DNA of 64,000 nt. It comes from Callorhinchus milii. Taxonomy: Eukaryota. Numbering within the stretch: position 1 is the stretch's first letter; each line of letters begins with the position of its first letter. The translations under genes were made by a program, and so were the position numbers. Positions 13,701 to 25,700 of the stretch are shown here, piece by piece. The notes beneath the pieces were generated by a model. That model searched no databases, was not told the DNA's origin, and saw nothing but the letters and a program-made list of their open reading frames with translations. The stretch covers positions 115,880,001-115,944,000 of the forward strand of contig NW_024704743.1 in the NCBI RefSeq assembly GCF_018977255.1, given 5' to 3'.

Positions 13701-16700
13701 GCCCACAAAATACATGGTGTCACTACACTTTACAGCATATCCCGTGAAGCGGTTTGGGACATCCTCCCGACGTGATAGGCGCAATACCAAATGTAAAGGC
13801 TTATTATTATTATCCTTATTATTTGCATGCTTCTGCGTAATCCTATTTGATGGTCTTGGGACTAGAGATTTGGCTGGACCTCCTTGTACCTCTCCATGTT
13901 CCAGGGGCATCAGCCTGGAGTAGTAGGATGTGCAGATGACTTCATCATCCCTCTTGTAGGTGGGCGGCCCAATCCTGGGCACAATGTTGTAGCGAGTCAG
14001 GCACTCAGCATCGCTCGTAGCATAGTACTGCCAGGGTTTGAACTCAACACCGTCCGAGGAGTGTTCCAGGATCCAGTTCCCAGGGCGAGGAGAATTGGCC
14101 GCTTTAATGATGATGTAGGCCACTTGGAAAACCTGGGGAAAAAGAGAAAAAGAAATTCAAAATCAAATGAAAGGCAAAATACTGCAGATGCTGGAAACCT
14201 GACATAAAAACAGAATTCACTGGGAACACTTGGGAGGACGTCCCAAGGCACTGGACAGTCACTGTTACTGACCCGAGCTGGGGGTCAGGCTTGGGGAGGA
14301 TGGAGGGCAGGGTAATCGAAAGCACAGTCGATGAGGAGGGCCTTGAGCTGAGTCTTGAAGGAGGCAAGTGAGGGGGTGAGGCAGAGGGACTGTGGGATGG
14401 AGTTCCAGAGGGTGGGGGCGGAGTGCCAGAAGGCCCGCCCGCCAACGATGGGGTGGGTGAGGCAGGAGATGTGAAGCGGAGGAAGCAAGCAGGATGGTAG
14501 GGTTTAGGAGGTCGCCGAGGTAGGGGGGAGCAAGGCCATGGAGGGCTTTGAAGGTGAGGATCAAGATCTTGAACTGTATCCTCTGTGTGATGGGAAGCCA
14601 GTGGAGTCAGACAAGGATGGGGGTGATAGGGTCACAGAGCCTGGTGCAGGAGAGGGCACCAGCTGCAGAGTTCTGGATGATCTGCAGCCTATGGAGAGAG
14701 GAGTTGCGGATGCCAACAACAACAACAAGATTCCATTTATAGAGCGCCTTTCACGTTGGGAGGACGTCCCAAAGCGCTGGACAGTTGGGTCAGGACCCGA
14801 GCAGAGGGGAAATGGTCAGGGTGAAGGGAGGGAAGGGAGGGAGTCCCAACAAGCAAGGAGTTTGCATAGTCAAGCCTCGATATTATGAATGTGTGTATGA
14901 GGGTTTCGGCCCTGCGGTGAGAAACAGTGGTGGAGCCGGGCGATGTTGCGGAGGTGGGGGAACGCAGAGCAGGTTATGGCACGGATGTGGGGTAGAAAGG
15001 ATAGTTGAGGGTCAAACAAGATGCCAAGATTCCGGACTGGCTTAGTAAGGTGGAGTGTGCAACCGTGAATGGTGATGCTGTCAGCGCCTGAGGTGAGGAG
15101 GCGCTGACGGAAGCCAATCAGGAGGATCTCGGTCTTGTTGACGTTCAACTGAAGAAAATTAGCTCTCATCCAGTACTTGATGTCTGACAGACATTCTGTC
15201 AGGACAGCAGTGGTCCTGGAGTCAAGGGTGGAGGCAGAGAGGGACAGCTGGGTGTCATCCGCATACATGTGGAAGTTAACCCCATGTCTGCGGATGATGT
15301 CACCAAGGGAGAGCATATAGATGTTGAAGAGGAGGGGATTAAGGACAGAGCCCTGAGGAATGGTGCGGGGGCTAGAGGAGAAACTGTTTGTGAAGATGAA
15401 GTGGAGGCGGTGTGAGAGGTACAATCTGAACCATTCAAGGACAGAAACATGAAGGTTGAGGTGATAAGAGAGGCGGTGGATGAGGATAGGGTGGTCAACA
15501 GTGTTTAAGGAAGAGGTCAAGGAAGACAAGGAGGCAGAGGGAGCCCTGGTCGCAGATGGGCTCTGGCACAGAAACCCGATTGGAGGGGTTCGTGAAGGGA
15601 GTGATGGGAGAGGAATGAGCAAAGCTGGGAAGCAGGACTTTGGAGAAGAAAGGGAGGTTGGGAGATGGGCCAGTAGTTTGAGAGCAGGAATGGGTCCAGG
15701 GAGGGTGTTTTAAGGATAGGAGTGATGACAGACGTTTTTAAAGGGATGGGAACTGTAACAGTGAACAGGGAGAGGTTTATGATGTCTGTGAGTAGACGGG
15801 CAAGGGGATGGAAGCTGGGAGGTAAGGAGAGGAGTAGGGTTGGGGTCGAGGGAGCAAGTGGTCGGTTTCATACGGGTTATAGTGGTGGTGAAAGAGGAGT
15901 GGGAAACAGGTTCGAAAGATGGGATGAGTAGGGGCTGGGATGAGAGGGGGAGATGGGGAGGGGTTAGTAGATAGAAGGGCAGAGGCAGCTGAGCAGATCT
16001 CCTCGACTTTGGATTCAAGGAAGTTCAGCATCACCTCACAGTTGGCATTGGATGTGAGGATAGGTGAGGCATGAGAGGGTGGGCGGAGGAGCCGGTTGGT
16101 GATGGAGAAGAGGAGCCTAGGGTTGTCCCTGGCCTCCAAGATTGTCTTGGAGTAGAACAATGTTTTAGCGGAGCGAGGGCGGAGAGGTAAGATTTGATAA
16201 GGTCCAGCCAGATCTGCAGATGGACTGTTAGAGCAGACAAGGAGGTCATTCGGCCCTTTGGATGTGCACTCGGTCTCAGAGCAAGGTGTTCATTCTATCT
16301 CACTGCCATGCCTTATCCCCAGAGTTAAGGCTGAACACAAGAATTTTCCAAATTCTACACGACCTTAAAAACTTTAAGCCGTGGTCTTGAGGTTGAAAAA
16401 TCCTCTGGAATTTCGGGTTCTGACACGGAACTGGTTGAGACAAAAAAAAACTCAACAAAGAGTTTTTAAATGAAGCGCTCCCCCTGAAATTGGCCAACTC
16501 ATCCAAACTATTGTTTGAAACCCAAATTTGTCCAGGGAATCATTTTCCTTCGTGTTTTTACAGTGGAGTTTGAGATCCTGAAGACGAGTTTTGTTTGCAA
16601 ACGGTGATGACCTCTGCTCTGCTAGAGGAGCTACTTCCAAAACCCAGGAAATGCTTCAGCAAGAGAACAGATGTCAGACCGTGCATGAGTGCAAACAGCA

Positions 16701-19700
16701 GTGCTCGTTCAGTGTTTCCATGCTTACATACCACAGCCACCCCCTCGCCCCCTCCTTTCCTTCCAATTTGGTTTTAAAGAGTTCCACCATTTGTAGGCAA
16801 TATTCCTGCCAGGTGTAAGCCAGGTGTGAGAATAGCACTCTTGACACTAAGTCAGGAGGTTTGGGGTTTGAGCTCCACATCAGGACTTTGAGCTCACAGT
16901 CTGGTGAAGACTCCAATGAACTACTGAGGAGATGCTGCACTGACTGAGGTGCCGTCATTTGGATGAGATATTAAACCAAGGTCCCATCAGGTGGACATTA
17001 AACATCACCTTTCCGAAAGGAGAAGGGAGTTTCTCTGGGTGTCCTGGCCAAAATTGGCTGCCAGGTGTGCCCACAAAATACACAGTTGCTACATTTCACG
17101 GTATATTCTGTGAAGCACTTTGAGACTTGCTATTGACGTGAAAGGTGCCACATCAAATGCAAGGATTAATATTATTAATATCTTTCCTTCCCCAGCAAAG
17201 CATGACCCAACCTCTGCAAGTGCTACTACATAACTAGCCACTAGGAGGTGTGAGAGACCAGCTAGACATGTCCGAGGGGTGGCGGCATGGGGTGGGGTTA
17301 CCAAGGGGTGGGGGGTGCAGGTACGTGCAGTGAGAGGGGAGAGTTGCCGAGGAGTGAGGGAGGATACCAGGGGGATGGGGCTGAAAGGGCACAGCCAAAA
17401 CCCCCAAGCTGGACTCTGCAAGGACTAACGGACAAGAAAAGAAGTACAGGCTACCATCTCATGGAAAATATGTCGTGCCTTGCTTTAGATTAAATGCAAC
17501 ATTTTCTAAGTACAGGCACGGAAAGTCTTTCCTGTGAAACCAGCAGACAGCGAGAGCCCTTTAGTGACTGTGTAGAAGTGTTCACCCTTCCTTTACCACA
17601 GTCTGTTGAGCTGTCTTCTTGTTCATTACACAGTTGGCTGAGCTACAAATAAGCCACCTTCTGACTGCACAGATTCCTCTTTCCCTCCAATGACTAAATG
17701 CCATGATCGCACCATTGAAAACACCAGCTGACGCAGCTCATTTTTAAATCCCATTTTCAACAATCAGTCAAAACAAATTATTCCTTTCAGCGTCTACTCA
17801 CTTCAATCAGCACAATGCAGCAGTTACAAGAGATCAAGTCAGGCTGCCAGTCATTCCAAGTTAACAGTGCCATGGCCGGGCACATTCAGAGCAACATTGA
17901 GATGGCTTATCCCACTGTGACTGTTCTCTTTTCCCACTGAAGGGTAGTTAACAAGGGCAACCTGCTCCCAAGTTCCCTCCCGCTCAGAAGCGCTCTCTTT
18001 TCTATTGGAAGGAGACTGACCCAAGCTCTGCGGGTGGTGCCAGCTTTAAGCGGGCCAAACCTCAGCATCTGACCTATGCCAATTGGCACAACCAGCGCAG
18101 ACTCGCTGCCAAACCAACCCTCGAACAGCAGGACATACATGACCCACTTTCTAACACATACATTTCTGGATGTGTTGTATTTTAAAGAAAGGTCATTTGA
18201 ACACTGGTGTCACTGTGAGGGAAGTTGCGGTCCCGATCACTACTGCAGCTTGTTACGATTACCAGCAGGAAGGACATGCAAGGCTTCCAATGGTTATATA
18301 ACAAAACAGACGCTCACATACGATACATAATATTATTATAATAATTAATAATCTTTGTATTTGATGTAGAGCCTTGCAGGTGAGGAAGTGTCATAGTGCT
18401 TCACAGAATTTACTGTGTAGTGACCGTGTGTTTTGTAGGCAAATGCAGCAGCCAATTTGCGCTCAACAATGTCCTGGAAACAGCCATCTAGTGAATGACC
18501 AACTTTTTATCTGCGGGTTGCCGGGAGAAACTCTCTTCTCTCTTCAATTAGCCATGGGATCTTAACATGCACCTAAACAGGCAGATGGACCTTGGTTTAA
18601 CATCTCATCCGGCATCTCTGACAATTCAGCAACCCCCAAACTCTGTAATGGAGCGTTAGCCTGAACTATGAGCTCAACGTGGGGTTTAAAATACATAATG
18701 CACAGGCTCATAGCCGGCTCAATTATATCATAGTGACAGAAGAAACAGGTCATAGTGACAGAAGAAACAGTCATAGTGACAAAAGACACAAAGGAAGCCA
18801 CCAACACGGGATCCTGTAGGGTGGGGGCGGGTGGTAGCAGCTGAGGGCTGAGAGGAAACAGTAAGTCTGCCGACGGGAAAGAGATCCTGAGAGGTACAAA
18901 TATCTTCCCAGACTCATTTGTCTAATTACCGTGGGAGCAAGAGGAACAAGAGACACATTCCCTTCTCCTCCCCCTGCCTTCTCCCTGCTGCCAATCTTTT
19001 CCTGTTTGTTCACTCGCTGTCCAAACACGATTTAAAAAGTGCAAACACTGGGTCGCTCTTGTCAGAATAGCTTGTGAATATCAAAACACCCTCTGCAGCA
19101 AACCTATTACCTTTGCATGTTCATGTCAAACACAATGTAGTGTGTGATAGGGGGCACTTTGACATGTGCGTGTGTAATGGGAATCTCCCCACTGTAAACA
19201 TCAGAATCGCTAGCTTCATGGTGAGAAGAACAGCTCTGCTTAGCTCCTGGTCCGAAAACTCTCATGGCCTCAGTCCTCAGTCTATTGTCTTAAAACTTAA
19301 GACCATACAGAACTTTGGAAAATTATTCAGTTCAATTTACAGTACAATTTATATTTTGTACCCCGCCTCTCACATTGGGAGGACATCTTGAAGTGCTTGA
19401 CTCAATTCAAGTCTTAATTGGAAACTTTTTTTCTCTCAGAAAGTGTTTCTGTTAGTAAAGCTGGGAAAAGGAAAATGGCTTCGGACACGATTCACTGAGG
19501 CGTTGCCTGAACGTATCCGGTTAATGGGTGCCAGTGTCAACCAGGCAAATCTGATCTGTGTCATACACCTGGAGTGAATTTGACCAGAATTCAAAATATG
19601 TCAGTGTGTAGATACAATTTACATTTATACAGTGCCTTCCTTGGCGGAAGAACGGCTCAAGGTGCTTGACAATGCTGGCTGGGCACCCGAGCTGGGGGTG

Positions 19701-22700
19701 GGAACTGAGGAGGGTGGGGTGGGGGGAGAAGCAAGATGACCAAAAGATGGTCAAAACGGTTTGCTTTGAGATGTGCCTTAGCAGAGGTAGTCGGACTCTG
19801 GGCTGTAGTTCCAGAGAATAGGGGCAGAATGGGTGAAAGACCCCTCCCCCAACACACTGATGCCAAGGCAATTAAGGCGATGGATGAAGCAGGCCAGTAT
19901 TCACTGAGCAGATCCCTGGCAAGATCACTATTGGAATATAAATGTGCAGCTTTGGTCGCTCTACTTCCAAAGGAGCACCCAAAGCACTGGAAAGAGTTCA
20001 ACGAAGGGAGACGAGGATGATTGTAGCCTTCGTGCCTATATGATTTAAAAAAAAAATGAAATCTTGACTTTTTCATTAGAGAGCTTTGAAGGAGGGGGAC
20101 CTGATGTACAACTTTTAAATGGTAACAGGTATTAAGTAGAAGTAAAGAGGCTTTGAGATTGACTGCAGATAACTCATAATGATTTTCGCTCTTCCTTTCC
20201 TTCGTTTTGGAAGGCGCTTTCATCTTTTCTTTCTCTATTCTACATCAGGACAAACTCACATCCAGTGCAGCACTAGGGGTGGAGGTAGGGAGTGGTGTTT
20301 GTAGGAGGTGCCATCCTTCAGGTGAGGCATTAAACTGGGTTTCTGTCTGCCTATTATGGTGGCCATAAAAGATTGTGTGGTACCATATGATAAGAAGAAG
20401 GGAGTTTCTCCTGGTATCCTGGCTAACAATCCCCCAGAGAAACTGGGTCATTCACATGGCTCTTTATGGGACCTTGCTGCGTACACGTTGAATTAAGTCA
20501 CTACACTTGTCAGCATTTCCCTGCAAGGTGCTTTGAGACGTTTCGACATTGTAGACTCTACTACATCTAAATGTAAGGATTGTAGCTAGAAATGCCTCCA
20601 AATAGCAAAACAACACTTCTTTGCACCACTGTCCAGACATGGCAATGCCAATAGGCCAGAGAGACAATTTTACTTTGGTGCTGAACGCCTCTGTACCCCG
20701 TGTTCAGTGTAAATGCCGTGTATATAATATATAATAGATAAATCTATTATGCAAAACAAAAATCAAGTTGAGACGCTAAGGAGTATAAAGGTCAGATTCT
20801 GAGGACGAATATTTGTCACTACTCATTAAGTCAATGCTGCTTTGATCAAGGGGCTGGTAGGGGTCACTATCCAATGTCTCTTTCATTTTAATAACTAAAC
20901 CATCATGATTGGTGTACATCAAAGCCCACATGTAATTGGACACATAACCCATTATTTAGAAGCCCTTCAGGCATTCATTCTCATCGGCTCTGTTATGTTC
21001 ACAGATATTCAAGGGGTTTCTGCCAGATCTCAAGCACTGTCTGAAGGGCTATCTCAATCTTAATACTAAGCACTTGTGGTCAGATAAAGCACAGCAGACA
21101 TTTGAGGCAACAGTTGTGCACAACAGTGTTACTCATTACCACTTGTACGGTCTCGTCTGTGGTCTGGTTGAAGGCTTTGGACAATGGGGTGATATGATAT
21201 TTGTGGTGTTCCTCAGACTCAATCCCCCTGATGCTACCATGAGGGCCAAGTTAATAAAACGCTGTAATTCCTGATTCCACGTGCATGAGAAATTCCACCT
21301 TTGTGCTGGCCGCACATATCTTACACTTGAGGATTGGCCTTCACATTAAAATGACGCCTCAAAGTGCGTTCCCTGACTCTCAATCCCTCAGGTAAAACTG
21401 ATCATTCGCTTCTCGGTTGTTTGTAAAATATCACTGTGCATAAATTGGCTGCTGTGGTCATCCACAAAATACACTATCATTGCTCTTCACTGTTAAAATT
21501 CTGAGACGCCTCGCCAACACGATAAGGAGCTTTATTAATTATAGTATTATATTATAATATAATAATGACAATGGGCATTGAGCAAGAAGCGAAATAAATT
21601 TAGTAGGTGATGTGACTGAAGGCACGGTTGAAGAGATAGGAGATAGATGATGTGACCTCAGGGGATTCCTGAAAGCACTGGGAAAGGCAGCAAAGGATTT
21701 GAAAGATGCAGAGTTCAAGGGGGTGGGGATAGCTGTAAATCAATAGGTCTCCCATATAAAATGTTAGCCTGGTTCATTTGGCAGCACTCCAGGTCAGAAG
21801 GCTGTGGGTTCAAGCCGCATGTTAAAGACTTTGATGTTATAATCTAGGCTGAGATTCCAAAGCAATGCTGGAGAAGCTCAGCAATGTTAGAGGAGCCATC
21901 CTTCGGGTAAGACTGCTGTGGTACCAGGGTGATGATGGGATGAGTGCAGCATTGTCAGAGACATCATCTTTTGGAATGGCAGGTTAAACCATGGTCCTTC
22001 CTTGAATATTAAAATAAGATGCTTAATAATAATAATAATCATTGCATTTGATCTAGCGTCTTATCACGTCTTCGAAACGCCTCAAAGCGCTTCACAGGAT
22101 ACACTGTAAAGTGAATCTACAGTGTATTTTGTGAGCAAAACTAGAAGGATTGTGGAGCTCTTCTGCTTCCCTGTGGCTCACCTGTCGCAGATCCAGAGTG
22201 ATAGTCACCAAGTGATACTGCCGGCCATTCTGGATACTTGGGCTCTGCCACCAGTTGTTGGTTCCATCGATGGCATACATTATTGAATGTCGTTCTATAA
22301 AGACACAAAGATAGATAAAGTACAACACCACCACCACCAACAGAAACCTTCATAGCGAGTTGCACCTGCAGGGTGATCCTGTTATGACATGGTGTTTTCG
22401 TATCTATAATACTAGACTCTGAGTTATAATGGATGTTTGGGACAGATTGTGTTTTCAGCTGTGCTGTACAGTCCTTGCCCGGCATTACCCCGCTTTCCTG
22501 ACACAGCTGTTCTCATGAGCGTTTCCAAACGAGAAACCGCTTCCAACCTAACATTGAGTTTAAGAACCTTCCACACTTCTGCACAATCTCAAATCAAATC
22601 TCAATCTCAAAATGGTCTCAGGAGCTAAGACTGGGCAAACTTTCTGTGCTACCCTGAACAAGTGAAATGAAGAGGGTTGTAACGCTGCCAGTGGATGTTG

Positions 22701-25700
22701 AACACCATCGGTTACCTCTTGGGTTTGTGCTGTTCAGGTCACAGATGCGACACTGTGGGTTGCGTATGGGTCTCCCGGGGACGTGCTCCACGAGCTTGCA
22801 GAACATCTCGGGGCCATTCTCACCACAGGTCGCGTTGGTGGAGATCATGGCATTGCTGGCGAGGTTCAGGATAGCTGGGAAAAGACCTGCACACAGAGGA
22901 GGGAAGAATTCACTTTTACAAAATTGAAGAAGGTCCGAAGGGTTTTGCAAGCCTGTTGGCCTCAACATCAAACCACGTCTGCAGTCTCTAACATTTTTCT
23001 ACAACATTAACACTTGCATTTAGATACCATCCTTCACAAGGGTTGGTTTGGATGAAGCCCATCCAATCTCATCCCTCCAGAACCACTCACCCTATTGTCC
23101 CCTCATCACACATCAGGCTGCTTTTTGAGTGAGTCCCAGTGTCCTGGCCTCCACCACCTTCCTGGCAACCTGTTCCAAGCGTTAATTACATAATAAAATA
23201 ATAACCTTGCATTTGATATAGCACCTTATCATGTCTACTAGACGTCTCAAAGAGCTTCACAGAATATACTGTAAAGTGAATTGACTGTATGTTTTGTGGG
23301 TGAAACGTGGCAGCCAATTAATTGCACAGATCAGTGTCCCACACACAGTCGTGGACTGAAGTGACCCATTTATAATTATTAATTTTTATGAAAGAATTAT
23401 TACCCCCGGTAAAGCGATCCGCCACTCAACTAACAACCGTGTTCCTACTTACCCCTAAGTAAACACAGGCAATGTTTCGTACTGCCGGGAATTGAACACA
23501 GGTCCTCTCGCTTGTGAGGTGACTGCTCTAACCACTAAACTACAGATCACCCTCTGCATAAAGAAAAACTTCTTGGTGTCTGGCCTGAAATTGCCCTTTA
23601 CAATTCTAAACCTATGTTCTCTTGTTCTTCTGCTTGCTGCATCCTAAAGTAACGATTTGGATTCACTATTGATCTTATCCCTCCAGAATGGCCACCATCA
23701 CAGCTTCAAGCTGCTCTTTAAATGAGTCCATTGTACTGAAGCCTGAACACAAACAATGGCTATTCCACAGCTACAATGACCTGGAAACTCTCAGCAACAC
23801 TCACTTTGCAGCAGTCCCTGTTTTAGGAAATTGTCAGTGCTCCACACAGGAAAAGATCTCAATAAATCTGTGGAGCACGAGCCTCAAAGCAAGGGAACAT
23901 TTAACAAAAAAAACTGCAGAGAAGCTCTTCCCCTGTCCTCCCCTCAGGTGTGATGTGTGTGTCCCACTCCCAAGCAAGGAGGAAAGTCTCTTCCCTGGAA
24001 TATGGCTCTATGTCACGGGACAAATAAAGCACGCAGCGCTTGTAACTACCAGCGCGAACAGTGCTTCGTCACTCGATAAATCATAATAATAATCTTTACA
24101 TTTAATACTATGCCTTATTACGTTGCTGAGATGCCTCAAAGCTCTTCACAGGATTTTACTGTAGGTGAGCACGGCAGGCCATTTACGCACAGTAACATCC
24201 CACAAAAACAGCCGTGAAGCGAATGATCAATTTTAGCTGAAGGATTGCTGGCCAGGGCACTGGGAGACACTCTTTTCTCTTTTCAAATAGTCATAGGATC
24301 TTTAAAGTCCACCTGAACAGGCAGACTTGGTTTAACCTTAGACGGACAGCAATCCCCAGCACTGACTGGAGTGTCAGCTTAGACTATGTGAGTTTAAAGT
24401 CCCAATGTGGGGGCTTGAACCCATAACCTTCTGACTCAAGAGGCTGGAGCGCTACCAACTGAGCCAGACTGATACAACGATCCTTCCATTGTCGTTCAAT
24501 GAAAAGGACAGCCACCAGAGCCATTCATCATAGCCATGGAATTCACAAGAAAAAAACTCACAAGAAACGGAGAGTGCCAATAGCTGGCAAGAGCACGTTT
24601 CATTTTGGTATTTTAAGTGATAGATCCTGCTGTCAGATACCCTCTTGGGGATGGAGTCAGCGAAGATAATCTAATTTGTAAATGTGCAAGTTCTGGATTG
24701 ACAGCAGTTTAAAATATGTAACCACAGTGTTTTCTGTTCGGGAGTTAATAGATTTCTCTTCAATGCATTTCATTTTAGCTTTACATTACAGTCGAGTGAA
24801 TGGCAATTTCAAGCACTTAAGCAGCAGAGAATGCTCAATCGTCCCGGCTACTTTAAAACGCTTCGATCTAATCTCGCCACTTTTGATACTGTGCGGAATT
24901 TTTTGAAGCGGGCAGAAAAAAATACAGCATTCGAATGGGTTTGGGGAAATGCACCAAATCTGGAAGTCTCAGCTGGTAGCACTCTTGACTCTGAGTCAGA
25001 AGGTTGTGGGTTCAAGCTGTAAATCAGAACTTTGAACTCACATAGTCCAAGCTGACCATCCAGTAAGGGCTGGGGGTGGGGGGGGGGAACCTACTTAAGA
25101 GTTTTCACTCAGAATTTGTTCCAGGGCCAGACGCTACACAATGGGGTGAAATGTATGGAATTCACAAGGAAGTATCTTGAGGCATGCATTCTGAAATGCT
25201 GCAAATTCCACCCTGTAAACATGCTCAACCCCTATGACTTTGCTTTATTGCTGGCTCCAGGTTAGAGACAATCATAGTAATTCTGTGGAGAGGGACATAC
25301 CACTCATTGGCTTCTAAGAAGAAATGCACAGTTCTGCCATAGAACCATAGAAAGAAGCAGGTCGTGCAGCTGATGTGTCTATGCAGGCTTTTTGAAAGAG
25401 CCATCAATTCAGTCTGATTTGCCTACAAATCACACTGTCCACTATTCATAAAATCATAGAATCTTACAGCACAGAATGAGGCTATTCGGCACATCGTGCT
25501 TGTGCTGGCTCTTGAAAGAGTTATCCAACTAATCCTATTCCCCTGCTCTTAACCCTGCACATTTAAGTGATTATTATTTTCATGCTAGCAAAATTAATCC
25601 TTTTTAGGATACCTAACCACAACAATAACAACTTATATGTATACACAATCTTTCATGTAGGGAAGACATCCCAAAGGCTTCACACACCTGCCTGGGGAAC

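Noticed and set aside
14870..15622. Functional reverse transcriptase, retron or other novel RT system
   Set aside because: Frameshifted, 5'-truncated L2 ORF2 with no endonuclease domain in view.
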